A stretch of 64,000 nt of DNA. Source: Chiloscyllium plagiosum (taxonomy: Eukaryota). Location: positions 99,229,430-99,293,429 of the forward strand of contig NC_057718.1 in the NCBI RefSeq assembly GCF_004010195.1, given 5' to 3'. This document shows positions 36,118 through 48,240 of the stretch, in pieces. The position numbers and the translations under genes are program-made. Below the pieces are notes generated by a model, which was not told where the DNA came from, searched no databases, and was given only the letters and a program-made list of their open reading frames with translations. Position 1 is the stretch's first letter. Each line of letters begins with the position of its first letter.

Positions 36118-37237
36118 CTTTTTCATTTGTGCTTGGGGTAGGGGGTGTCACTAGCTGGGTCAACATTGATCGCCCATCCCTAATTGCCCTTTGGCTTGAA
36201 TGACATTGCTGTGGATCTTCTATTGACCAAGCCAGGTAAAGATGGCAGATTTACTTCCCAATGATCTTTGACAACAGAAGTCACATGGTCACCATTAGGT
36301 CAGTTTTTCCCTTTTAATTCCACATGTTATAATTGAATTTCACTATCTGCCATAGTGGGATTTGAAACCATTGCTCTAAAGCCTGGGGTTTGTTGGATTA
36401 TTAATCCAGCGATGTTATCACTACACCACCGCCTCTCCCACAAATGAAATGGTTGCCTAATAAAGTGAACCCTTTGTGTATGTGGCATTGGGCTTGTGTG
36501 GAAAGTTTTATATACCCATGGACAAATAGATTTTCTTATCTTATTTACAATTAGTCTACAATTTGTCAAACTAAAATCAAAAAAGAAGAGTAGTTAACAA
36601 AATAGTTGCAGGAAGCAGAGGTGCGTCTCAAGACACCTCCTGACTATCTCAGATGAGTCACTTAGCCATATCATAAAAGAGGGAAGCCCTTTTGTGATGG
36701 TTAAGAAATAGAACTGACATTTTTGCTGATTTTTTAATGAAGATTTAGACTTGGGATCAAAGTTTCATATCTAATCGTTAGAAGCAATATAAACACATTT
36801 TTTTCTGGCTGTTATCAGCTCATCAATATTCAAGAAATCTTTGACATTACTCTAAAGATAGTAATGGTAGACTGAGATAAGGGGGATAGTTTAAAAATGT
36901 ATGCAGACATGATGGTGCATGTGTTTCTAAAGATTCCAGGGAGAGCACAAAACAGGGACTATGTTTACAATTTTGCGAAAAATACTAAACAGAGGATATC
37001 CTCTTGAAGGAATTTACATAGTTAAAGGTAGCGTGCATACATTGCATTCCTCTGACTGCTATCTGAATGTAGGCAATCGCTTGTTTATTGCCAATGGGTG
37101 AATGTCTATGTTGGTTCAGGCACTAAGCTACGCAAAGGCAGGAAAGTGGAGTTACTTCTTATCAGATCAGTCAAGATCTCATTGAATGACAGAACAACTG
37201 GGCTGAATGGCCTACTCAAATGTCTTATGGCCTTTGT

Positions 37238-37471
37238 AGACAAGCAGGAGGCTGGAAGGATACAGCAAGCAACAGGAGGTGGAGAAGTCATCGTTTTGGG
37301 TGTAACCCTTCTTCAGGACTCACGTCTGAGGGATGCAGAGAACTTCTTCAAAATGGGTATCCTTTGAAGACAGTTCGCAGTCCACCTCCTGATGCTGCCT
37401 GGCTTGCTGTGTTCTTCTAGCTTCCTGCTTGTCTACCTTAGATTCCAGCATCTGCAGTTTTTTTTTGTCTA
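37238..37471. mobile_element. Inverted PLE-tail dimer with an 11-bp TSD
   Basis: ATGGCCTTTGT at 37227-37237 and 37472-37482; arms AGACAAGCAGGAGGCT.. and ..TTCCTGCTTGTCT. Confidence 0.85.
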
Positions 37472-39287
37472 ATGGCCTTTGTGGTTTATCATTGGGAGAG
37501 TCCATTTGAAAAGCTAATAACTCTGCCACTCCCTCTTTGTACAGGAGCACCATGATTTCAAATTCCTTTCCAATTTCGAAATGACTGTGCTTGTGAAGCT
37601 ATCTGGCTGACATAGATGGGGTCCTGGGCCACCATAATCCTGAAATGATATAACCTACACTGAATCTACGATGATGTTTGAGGCTTTGGTTTGATTTATT
37701 ATTGTCACATGTATCTGCATACAGTGAAAAGTTTTGTTTTATCAGCAGTAAAAGGACATACAGATCATAGGGTGTTGAGACTGAGCGAGGGATGTGAGGT
37801 TGCATAAGAGGCTGAAGATGGTGTGAAAGACACACATAAATGCAACCTTCAACTGGCTCAAAGTCAGAGACAGCATGAATGGTGTATTGACTTGATCAAT
37901 ACCACTGTCTGATTGATTTGCCTATTGCTCTAACCCAACAACTGAATGAAAGAAAGATTGACATGTGCATTCTCTCATGTCTCCAGCCCTTGGGATGTCT
38001 CTGTCTTCTAAGACACCCTCCAAGGTACTTTACCAACTCAGTAACATGCCTTATCTCCATCCTGCTGCTGATACCCTTTGCCCTCAGTTTGTAAAACCCA
38101 ACTATTCCAAACTCCATTGAGCTGGATTCTCATAGTCCACCCTTCATAAAACTGCACTCATCTGAAACTCTGCTGTCCATATCTAAATTGATATCAAATC
38201 CCTGCTTTGGTTGACTTACAGAGGCTCCTGCTCCACCAATGCCTTGATTCTAAAATGCAAAATTCTTCAGGTCCTCACCTTGTTGCATCAATTTTTCAAT
38301 TGAGGTCAAAGGAAAGTTGCAGCGTTACCTAGCATTGGGGTGGTACTGTGACCATACTAGCAAGGCAGTAACCACACGCCACATTGATGTTAGTTTATGT
38401 CCCAATGCAGCAGTGGGTGCAAATTCAACAATTTCAGTTTTCAGATTTCATTTAAAATCGGAAATTGAAAGTTATGTCTCAGTGTTGGTGACAAGCAATG
38501 ACCGTTGCTTTTAAAATCCATCTAGCTCAGTAATATCTCTTTGGGGGTGGGGGGAAGCAAATCTTCTAACCTTACATAGATTGGCATACGTATGACTCCA
38601 GATCCACAACGATATTGTCCTAACTGGCCTGTCAGCTCAAGGTCAGTTGGGATGGACAATAATGCTGGCTTTTTGAGAGATGCTCACATTTTTAAAAGAA
38701 TCTTCATTCTTCCCAGCTTAAGCTCCTGTTCAGATCATCTTCAATTAATGCACTATATTGTAAAAATGATAAAGCAATCTTTAAGTACGTTAGCTCCCAT
38801 TCCATAAAGTAATGACACACTTAGATCTTTTTTTCTTGGCTAATTACTTAGAATGTTATTGATCATCAATTACCCTGGAGCCACATGTTCAGGGTCTAGC
38901 CATCAGCATTCAGAATTCTGCGGCTATTAATGGCTAGAAGAGATTCATTCAAAATCTAAAAGCTTTATGACAGAAATATATTTCTTTGCTGCATAGTATA
39001 CTGTGTAATGTTATCACTTAATGCTCATCTGTATTCCTTAAATCATCACAATGCAGCAGTGGGTTGGTCAGTGTGATTATATCAGTGACCTACTCTGATT
39101 GTGGAGATTGGTCACAGGGAACATTCGAGGTGCTTCATGGGACACATCGTAATGTGCAGCCTCGGAATATGCCTCGGTAAAAGCAGAAATAAAATCACTA
39201 TTCAATTAAACGGACTTAGTTTGGAAGGACAGCACTCGTACGTGCACTATCAGATTCCTCTAAGGTTGGACCAGCTCCTATTTTAGT

Positions 39288-39380
39288 GTCGCGAGTGTGG
39301 TGCTGGAAAAGCATAGCAGGTCAGGTGGCATCTGAGGAGCAGGAGAATCAACGTTTCGGGCATAAGCCCTTCATCAGGAA
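39288..39380 (-). mobile_element. Short PLE family A tail with an intact hammerhead core
   Basis: Reverse complement CTGATGA-A-GGGC-TTAT-GCCC-GAAA-CG-TT at 39350-39377. Confidence 0.75.
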
Positions 39381-39532
39381 GTCATCACCAGTGCCTATTT
39401 TAGTTGAGACCTGGTGTGGAATTGGAAGCAGCTCAACTGAGGCATTGAAAAGTGAACCAGATGATTATTTGAAAAGTGCACTTGAGAATGTAACTTTTAA
39501 CAAACGTTTTGCGATTTACATATGAAAGAACT

Positions 39533-40045
39533 GGGTTGGGTACGTTTTGGCGCCCCCCCCCACTTTTGGCACTCATTACTTTGGCGCTGAACTGTTTCGG
39601 CGCCAATTCAGAATTTAAAAAAAGTCTTGTTTGGCTAAAGAAGCGAGGATGACTAACAACCCGATGTAATTTTCTCAACCAGCAAGAGTTGATAGTCAAA
39701 GCTGTAATGACCCGCTGTAGATTCAAATCTCGTTTTGTAATCATTTTCTCATTTAACAATTGTTAATAGTCATCTATTGCCTTGATGATATTTAAGCGCT
39801 TCTGTCTTCATATTGGAAAGCTGTAATACAATTTGGTTTCTATTTTCTTGTAGAGCCCATACCAGAAATGGCTGAAAACATTCTAAGCAAGAGACACAAA
39901 CCAAAATTTTCACACAATGGTTATCTATATGTATTGGCACCAAAACAGCCCAGCGCCAAAGTAATGAGCGCCAAAATAGTTTAGAGTCAAAACAGCGGGG
40001 CCAAATGATCGGCGCCAAAAGGGTGGTGCCAAATAGTCCCATTCC
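39533..40045. mobile_element. Non-autonomous DNA transposon, Mutator/foldback-like
   Basis: Imperfect TIRs GGGTTGGGTACGTTTTGGCGCC and (reverse complement) GGAATGGGACTATTTGGCACC; subterminal TTTGGCGC repeats in opposite orientation; TSD-like TGAAAGAACT (39523-39532) / AGAAAGAGCT (40046-40055). Confidence 0.75.
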
Positions 40046-40065
40046 AGAAAGAGCTGATACCAACA

Positions 40066-40280
40066 TAGTCATTCTAAAAGATGAGAGACTTAAAAAAACA
40101 ATTTGGGGCTTTTTCAATATATAATTTCAGTTACATCACACTAGAAACCTTTGCTATAAATTCTGTGTCTTACAATCTCATTCTCCACAATCACCTGATA
40201 AAGGAGTAGCACTCTGAAAGTTAGTTACTTCCAAATAAACCTGTTGGACTATAACCTGGTGTTGTGTGATTTTTTTAACT
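40066..40280 (+). mobile_element. PLE family B 3' fragment with a degenerate hammerhead
   Basis: Collinear with 8790-8998. Confidence 0.75.
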
Positions 40281-41402
40281 TTTTATTTGAAAAGGAACAG
40301 TGTGCAGGGACTTTCAGGGAAGGCAGGGGAATGGCACTGTGTGAGAGAGAGCCAGTGCAGACATGATGGGCCAAAGGTCCTCCTTATGCTCTGTAACAAT
40401 TTGTTGGTTCTGCAACTAAGTGGTGAGCCTTGCTGGACTCAGTGAGAGTGCCTGCTTCTCCTACTTTGACTGGCAATTGGGGTGAGTTACTTTCATAAGT
40501 TAGTCTGTACCCTGGAGTCACACAAGCATTTCTTGCCCAATGTAAAAGAATAATCAATCAGACTCAACTACAACAACTGCAATGGCATGGACAGTTATGG
40601 AAGGAGAAGTCAAATACCTCACAGTCTAAGGACTACTGCAGGAGAAGAGACAGTGACAATCTCCATACTGCCTGGTGAGATAGAAAGTACTTCAAATTCT
40701 TTGAGTTCAAGTAACCTGTTTGGTGGTGTTCAAAGAAAACATATTATCTACACACAATCTTCAAATGCCACAAGCTATCTGCAAATGCTGCTGCTTTTAA
40801 AGATGGGGACAGATTGAATGTACACGAATTGGAGACTACAACTGAGTGCAGGTTCCACTTCTCATTTCAAGCATCACATTGGACATTAGCACTTTTTAAA
40901 GTCAGAAAACAATGCTTTTAAGTTTCATCTAGTGCTGGCTAAGAGGCCGTCGCTATCTATAAACAGTGTCAGATGATGCCTCACACATTTCACTTAAGAA
41001 ATCCTATGCCTGATAGTGCCTTGACCTCTGAGGTTATGCGGGTTGAACTTTATTGTGTGTCTGTATGTGTTTTAATGTGATGCTGAGCTATTAACTGACA
41101 GGAGTCAGTGTGAAGCTCTTTATCACTGGCAGTACTGGCCTTAACTAAATGGATTGTCGATGTGTTTTGGAGAGAGACAAGCTCAACGGCATCAGCACCG
41201 GTTGATAAAATGCAGAAAACATAAAATGTTCGATACACATGTGAATGCTTATTAGCAGGGAGCAGAAGACAGGTCTAACGAGCCATTCCTGTTCAACATA
41301 CTTAGAAAGGTTGGACACTTCATGTCCAAATTCATTCCTGCACATGGATAAAATGCTACTTTGCACATATCCTATTGTGGCCTTATGGGGCCTATTGTTA
41401 TG

Positions 41403-42250
41403 AACTGAATTGAATTGAATTTATTGTCACGTGTACCGAGACACAGTGAAAAGCTTTGTCTTGTGAGCAATACAGGAAGATCACAGAGTTAAGTAGCGTA
41501 GAGAAGTAAGTAATAGGTAAACAGCGGTAAAAACAAAAACACAGGTACAGGTGAATGTTAAGAGTTTGTAAGTCCATTCAGTATTCTAACAACAGTAGGG
41601 TAGAAACTGTTATGAAACCGGCTGGTGCGTGTGTTCAGACTTCTGTACCTTCTCCTCGATGGTAGAGGTTGTAGAAAAACCTTGCCAGGGTGGGATGGGT
41701 CTTTGAGAATGCTGGCAGCCTTTCTTGACAGTGGGCCTGGTAGATGGATTCTATAGATGGGAGGTTGGCCTTTGTGATTGTCCGGGTCGAGTTCACAACT
41801 CTCTGTAACTGTCTCCGATCTTGAATGGTACAGTTGCCATACCAGGTAGTGATACATCCAGATAGAATGCTCTCGATGGCACACCTATAAAAGTTGGCAA
41901 GGGTATTCACCGTCATGCCAAATTTCCTCAGCTGCCTGAGGAAGAAGAGACATTGTTGGGCCTTTGTAACCAGTGCGTCCACAGGAAGAGTCCAAGAAAG
42001 CTTACTGTGAATGACCACTCCCAGGAGCTTGACACTCTCCACTTGTTTCATCTCAGTGCTGTTAATGTGTAGGGGGCATGAGTAATATCCCGCTGAAAGT
42101 CAATAATGAGTTCCTTGGTTTTGCTGGCATTGAGAGCTAGGTTGTTCTCAGTGCACCATTTTTACAGATCGTCCACCTCCCGTCTGTAGTCTGTTTCGAT
42201 GCCATCTGAGATTCAACCGACTGTGGTGGTGTCATCAGCGAACTTGTAAA
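41403..42250 (-). mobile_element. Rex1/Babar LINE 3' fragment (RT C-terminus), (TTCAA)n tail
   Basis: KFADD..; VESVKLLGV.I..KLSWT..KAQQCLFFLRQLRKFGM..LANFYRCAIESILSGCITTWYGNC. Confidence 0.9.
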
Positions 42251-42331
42251 CATACTGTGTAGAATTCTACTGTCCATACCGCATGAAGGATGTAGAAGAG
42301 CAGGTAGAAAAAGGGGGATTAGATGACATGA

Positions 42332-42625
42332 TAGTATTGTTGCCTCACAGCGCCAGGGATTCCAGTCTTGGGTCAGTATCTGTGTGGAGTTTGCACGTTC
42401 TCCCCATGTCTGCACAGGTTTCCTCTGGGTGCTCCAGTTTCCTTCTGCAGTCCAAAGATGTTGAGGTTAGGGTGGGACTGGCCATGCTAAATTGCCCCAT
42501 AGTGCCCAGGGAGGTGCAGGCTAGGTGGGTTAACTATGGTAAATGCGGGATTACAGAGTCTGGGTGGGGAGCCCTTTGAAGACTCAATGGATCGAATGGC
42601 CTCCATCTGCACTGTAGGGATTGTA
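42332..42625 (+). mobile_element. HE1-like SINE
   Basis: TGCCTCACAGCGCCAGGGA..TGTGGAGTTTGCACGTTCTCCCC..CACTGTAGGGATT. Confidence 0.85.
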
Positions 42626-42632
42626 TAATTCC

Positions 42633-43028
42633 ACAGCTGTTTTCCCTGGAGCGTCAGAGGCTGAGGCCTGACCTTATAGAGGTTTATAAAATCATAAGGG
42701 GCATGGAAAGGGTAAATAGACAAGGTCTTTTCCCTAGGGTGGGGGAGTCCAGAACTAGAGGGCATAGGTTGAGAGTGAGAGGGGAAAGATATAAAAGAGA
42801 CCTAAGGGGCAACTTTTTCACACAGAGTGGTATGTGTATGGAATGAGCTGCCAGAGGAAGTGGTAGAGGCTGGTATATTACAATATTTAAAAGGCATCTG
42901 GATGGATATGTGAATAGGAAGGGTTTGGAGGGATATGGGCCAAGTGCTAGCAAATGGGACTAGATTATTTAGGATATCTAAGTCAGACCGAAGGGTCTAT
43001 TTCCATGCTGTACATCTCTATGACTGTA
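42633..43028 (+). mobile_element. HER1/CR1 LINE 3' fragment
   Basis: DLIEVYKIIRGMERVNRQGLFPRVGESRTRGHR..RDLRGNFFTQ. Confidence 0.9.
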
Positions 43029-43285
43029 TAATTGAGGATCTATGTCTATCAATAAAGAATGTAAAGAGTTGTCAGATTAGAGTGCTTTCCACAAGATGGA
43101 AGAAGGCTTCAGAAAGACCTGACAGAGACCTTCAAAGTTATGAAAGGATTCAACAGGGTAAACATTAAGAAAAATGCTTCTTGTTTTCGGTGTTCACATC
43201 CAGGGGTTATCAATATAAGATAATGCTCGATTAAATCCAATTGTAAATTCAGACGGAAACTCTTCGCCCAGGAACGTGGAACTTA

Positions 43286-43418
43286 CTCATTCCTGATGAA
43301 GGGCTTATACCTGAAAGGTTGACTCTCCTGCTCCTCGGATGCTGCCTGACCTGCTGTGCTTTTCCAGCGCCACACTCTTTGACTCTGACCTCCAGCACCT
43401 GCAGTCCTCACTTTCTCT
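43286..43418 (+). mobile_element. Short PLE family A tail
   Basis: CATTCCTGATGAAGGGCTTATACCTGAAAGG..CTGCAGTCCTCACTTTCTC. Confidence 0.8.
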
Positions 43419-43518
43419 CACACAGCACAGAGTGGTTGGGTGAATAGTATCAATGGGTCTAGGACCAAAGGTAGGCAAACGTGAAGATGAAAGGATTCGG
43501 ACGATATGTTGATGGGGT

Positions 43519-44359
43519 TGAAAGATACTCCACAGAGGCCAGGTATCCCATCACCAAGTCACCCTTTATTTACACGTGAACAGTCCTCGACTTTAATACT
43601 GCCCCATTCAGAGTCAGGTACCAGAGTGTCAGCATCCCTGATACTCTTGTTTGGATCTCAAAAAGTGTGGTGCTGGAAAAGCACAGCAGGTCAGGCAGCA
43701 TCCGAGGAGCAGGAGAATCGATGTTTCGAGCATAAGCCCTTCATCAGGAATGTTGGGGAGAGGAGGTAGTGCCCAGGGGGCTGAGGGATAAATGGGAGTT
43801 GGTTGGGGGGAATGTAGCTGGGAATGCGATCGGTAGATGAAGTGATAAGTCACAGAGGAGGGTGGAGCGGATAGATGGGAAGGAAGATGGACAGATAGGA
43901 CAGTTTAAGAGGGTGGTGCCGAGTTGGAGGGTTGGATCTGACATAAGATGGGGGGAGGGGCGATGACCCTCCAACCTGGCACCCCCTCTTAAACTCTCCT
44001 ACCTGTCCATCTTCCTTCCCACTGATCTGCTCCACCCTGCCCCTGACCTAACACCCTCAACACCACCTCCATCTCCCTATCACATTCCCAGCTACCTTTC
44101 CCCCAGCCCCACCCCCGTCCCATTTGTCCCTCAGCCCCCTTGCACCCTCACATTCCTGATGAAGAGCTAATGCTTGAAACATCGATTCTCCTGCTCCTCG
44201 GATGCTGCCTGACCTGCTGTGCTTTTCCAGCACCGCATTCTTGACTCTGACCTCCAGCATCTGCAGTCCTCAGTTTTTCCTCCTGTTTCTGTCTATCAGC
44301 CAGGGCTCCCCAGTCATATCCTATGAGATCCAGCTGGCTGACCTCATTACAATTACCAC
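43519..44359 (-). mobile_element. Solo LTR (family of 21037-21272) split by an inverted PLE dimer at 43653-44279
   Basis: LTR halves match 21037-21168 and 21160-21272; the insert is flanked by CTCTTGTTT (43644-43652) / CTCCTGTTT (44280-44288). Confidence 0.85.
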
Positions 44360-45115
44360 CGAGTTAGATGAAGAAGGGTTGAAGGACCCCTTGTCACTGT
44401 AATTCTACATCAGCTGTTGACTCCTGAAATCACATGGGCTTCAGCAGTTGCTCAGTTGAAGAGTTGAAGAGACTTGAGGATTGCCCCTACTTTGCCCTCA
44501 TACCCCATACATTTCAATTCAGGCAAGCTGCAGCCACCTATCAGTGGCGTTGACCTGATGGGACCTCAGCTACTTGAGTCGAAGGCCCCCAGGGATGCCT
44601 GGAGTTTTGGAGGTTGGAGGTTCTAAGGGGATGGGAGATGCGGCTGCTCCTTCCCACTCCATGACCACGGAGCTGCGGTCCTTTCCTTTTCAGTGGACTC
44701 CAATTGGAGACTCACGCAGCCCCAGACATGGTGGCGTGAACTGACTGGAAGCAACCTCTGACACCTGTCAACAAATTTAGGATTGTGGCATAAGAAGCTC
44801 ATGTCCATGAGGTCTGTATTTACTTGTTCAGCTGCCAAGGGCAGTGTGCAGAAAGGTGTGCAGTGTTCCTAGTAGTCAGGAAGATTCCAGGGCTTGCTTA
44901 CGGCTACTGCTGCTTTACACCTGATTAAATGTAACCCTCCTGTTTCTTGAACCCTTCCTATGCTCAACATCGTCTGCCCCTGATAAACCACCATACATCG
45001 CTTCCAGATTTTAATCGGAGCTTGCTGTCTAGACTGTGAAATTATGGAGTAGCTGTCGGCCCATCAGCCCGTTGGATCACAGAGCGATTACAGCCGGGTT
45101 AAAGGCACTTCAGGC

Positions 45116-45455
45116 AGAAGTGGTACTGCAGATGCTGGAGATCAGAGTTGAAGAGTGTGGTGCTGGAAAAGCACAGCAGGTCAGGCAGCATCCGAGGAGC
45201 AGGAAAATCAATGTTTCAAGCAAAAGCTGTGTCAGCTCCAATCATCACGTGTCCACCTAATTGTCACTTTCCAGCACTTGGCCTACACCCTTGTATGGGG
45301 AGAAAGTGAGGTCTGCAGATGCTGGAGATCAGAGCTGAAAATGTGTTGCTGGAAAAGCACAGCAGGTCAGGCAGCATCCAGGGAACAGGAGAATCGACGT
45401 TTCGGGCATAAGCCCTTCTTCAGGAATGAGGAAAGTTTGTCCAGCAGGCTAAGAT
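45116..45455 (-). mobile_element. Two PLE family A termini; the second is young and runs into the assembly gap
   Basis: 45299-45455 is nearly the exact reverse complement of 57090-57247; intact hammerhead core at 45396-45423. Confidence 0.85.
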
Positions 45456-45467
45456 NNNNNNNNNNNN
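45456..45467. other. Assembly gap (12 N)
   Basis: Run of n characters. Confidence 0.99.
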
Positions 45468-45789
45468 TAATTTTTAAAGAACAAGCTATTGACTCTCCAA
45501 CAGTTTTTATTGCTTCCTGTGCTGTACCACATCATATATTTATTAAGGTACAAAACAAATAATCGTATAAAACAAGGTAGGCACTGAAGTAAACTTAAGG
45601 CAAAGTTGCATCAGGCGGGAAATCATCTTAGTGTGTCATTGCTTATCGTGTGTGTAAATAATGGGTGACAGTAATGATTTGTATATCCTGATTGACAGAG
45701 GAAAAGTGATTGTAAAATCATCAGCTGACATCATAGATGTGCCAGCTCTTAGGGATAGTCCAATTAGCCACATTTCCAACTGTCCACTC

Positions 45790-46097
45790 TGGTCCAGTGG
45801 TTAGCACTGCTGCCTTACAGTGCCAAGGACCCGGGTTCAATTTCAGCCTTAGGCAACTGTCTGTGTGGAGTTTGCACGTTCTCCCCGTGTCTTCGTGGGT
45901 TTCTTTTGGGTGCTCTGGTTCCCTCCCACAATCCAAGGATGTGCAGGTCAGGTGAATTGGCCATGTGAAATTATCTCATAGTTTTTGTTAATGGTATAGG
46001 TTGGGTGGATTGGCTACATTGGGAGGGTGGGATGCTCTGAAGAGAGTCAATGCAGACTTATTGGGACAAATAGCCTGTTTCCACACGGTATGGAGTC
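45790..46097 (+). mobile_element. HE1-like SINE
   Basis: CAGTGGTTAGCACTGCTGCC..CCCGGGTTCAATT..GCCTGTTTCCACAC. Confidence 0.85.
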
Positions 46098-46537
46098 CAT
46101 CACACCTTTAATTAATTTCCCATTGAATCTGTTTCGGGTTGTCATCACAAATACCACCCCCTTCACCTCTCCTCAACACTGCCCTACATTGGCCTGACAT
46201 CCATTCTTGGGTTAACCATCACTGCCATTCTGATATGCTTGGAGTTCTTTGCTATGCATTCGCCTATATAATGTATACCATACAGCCTGTGTTCTCGTTG
46301 AGACAGGTGCCTTGATATCCATCAATAATGGTAACTATTAGAGATTAAAAACCTGTCACCTTGAATCAACAGACCTCAAAGTTTGTTTTCACAGTGGATT
46401 GTGGTGGTTTAGATTTTTTCCTGATGTTGTGGTTATAATGAGGTTGGCCAGGTGGATCACATGGCGTGTGAGATCCCTGACTGGGCCCGTTAACCTGGGC
46501 AAATCAGGGAGCCCTGGCTGACAGATATAAACAGGAG

Positions 46538-46850
46538 ACAGGGCTTCAGGGAAAGGTGGGCACCGCAGGGAGTGGAGTGCATTATTTCCCCCTTTAACTC
46601 TATTTTGATTTAATCCCTGCCCTCCCCTTCACTGTTTGATCACGTAACATTGCCCTTTGATGTGAAGGACACGGCTTATCACTGGCCACTCAGGTGTTTC
46701 CTTTCTTCCTGTTGGTGGAAACTGAATAAAGATTTTACACCTTGTGTTTCTCACTGTGTCTCACACCTGCACACACACAACATGGGTGCTGGGGGAAATA
46801 TAAGCACTACCGCAGTTAGGCGGAAGTGTGGGGGTAACAAGAAAAAAAAG
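46538..46850 (+). mobile_element. Tx1-like non-LTR retrotransposon 3' end, unit 1
   Basis: 46542-46613 encodes GFRERWAPQGVECIISPFNSILI*, resembling a Tx1-clade ORF2 C-terminus (from memory); 3' UTR and A-rich tail. Confidence 0.7.
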
Positions 46851-46885
46851 AACTATCAGGGGTTCTGAGAAAAAAGAAAAAAAAA

Positions 46886-47190
46886 GACAGGGTTTCAGGG
46901 AGAGGTGGCATGTTGGGGCGTGGAATGTTTTATTTCCCCCTCCAACTCCATTTTGATTTAATCCCTGCCCTCCCCTTCACTGTTTGATCACGCATTGCCT
47001 GTCACTGGCCACTCGGGTGGTTTGTTTCTTCCTGGTGGTGGAATATAAATAAAGATTTACGCACTTGTTGTCCTTCACTCTGTCCTACACCTGCACACAC
47101 GCTACACGGGTGCTGGGGAAAAATAAGCACAACCGCCGTTAGGCGGTGGTGTGGGGGTAAAGCAAGAGGGAAAAAAAAAGAAAAAATAAA
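46886..47190 (+). mobile_element. Tx1-like 3' end, unit 2
   Basis: Collinear with unit 1; terminal hairpins GTGCT..AGCAC and ACCGCC-GTTA-GGCGGT; A-rich tail followed by TAAACAGGAG. Confidence 0.7.
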
Positions 47191-47506
47191 TAAACAGGAG
47201 TGTCAGAGGTTCTGTTCACTCTGAGAGCTGGCTCTGAGGGGAGCTGGGTCAGTGGTGAAGGACTCTCCATTTTGTGTGAGTCTGTGCTGTCTGGACCCCA
47301 CAGCCAGTGCATCCTTCAAGGTGTTGGTCTTTCCACAAAGGAGGAGAGCTTTCCTTTTCTCTCTCTCCCTTGTTTCAGGTAGGCATTTTTGATTTTTGGT
47401 TTTCTTTATTGTTTATTGTGATTGTGTTTTTCTGGGGCTCTTTCTGCACATTTCCTTTCATTTGAGCTGTGCTCAGCTGCGCAGGCAGAAGAAAAAGAAA
47501 CAGGAG

Positions 47507-47710
47507 TCTGGTTTTCAGGGAGAGGTGGCACCATGGGGCGTGGAGTGTTTTATTTCCCCCTCCAATTGCATTTCGATTTAATCCCTACCCTCCCCTTCAC
47601 CCGTTCAATCACATGGGTATTGCCCTTGAAGAGAGGGACACTCCTTGTTCCAGGACACTGCTGTTTCTTCAGGACACATACACATACACACACATGCCAT
47701 GAGAAAAAAA
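47507..47710 (+). mobile_element. Tx1-like 3' end, unit 3 (short)
   Basis: TTTCAGGGAGAGGTGGCACC..TTTAATCCCTACCCTCCCCTTCAC; A tail followed by TATAAACAGGAG. Confidence 0.65.
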
Positions 47711-48094
47711 TATAAACAGGAGTCAGTGATTCTCCTCACTGTAGGGGCTGGCTCTGAGGTGGATGCTCACAGTCCACAACACTGTACACATGTTAATAAA
47801 GGGTGACTTGGTAATGGAGATATTGGCCTCCATGGAATAATCTCACCTGAGATTCCTTAGACTTTTCTGATGACAAAGCAAAATAAAAAAATGAACATTT
47901 TGTACTTGAAGTTAGCAAGACTCATGGATTAGATTTACTAGAGTTGAGAGTGTGGCGCTGGAAAAGCACAGCAGGTCAGGCAGCATCCGACGAGCAGGAA
48001 AATCAAAAAGCCCTTCATCAGGAAGCCTGACGATTTGATTTACTGGCTTAGTGACTGAACGATCAGCCGATCCAATTATTACCCTCAGGGTAAA

Positions 48095-48240
48095 TAATTC
48101 TGAGGGAGGGTCACTGGACCTAAAACATTAATTCTGTTTTCTCTATGCAGATGCTGCCAGACCTGCTGAGTTTTCCCAGCAATTTTCTGTTTCCGTTTCT
48201 GATTTTCAGCATCCGCAGTTCTTTCGGTTTTCTTTATTTT
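48095..48240 (+). mobile_element. PLE terminal fragment with a degenerate hammerhead-like motif
   Basis: AATTCTGAGGGAGGGTCACTGGACCTAAAACATTAATT..GATGCTGCCAGACCTGCTGAGTTTTCCCAGC. Confidence 0.65.

Larger units (their letters stand above)
46425..47845 (+). mobile_element. Solo LTR (TG..CA, TSD CCTGA) expanded by serial non-LTR insertions
   Basis: CCTGA at 46420-46424 and 47846-47850; 46425-46537 and 47711-47845 match the reverse complement of 21037-21272. Confidence 0.85.
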
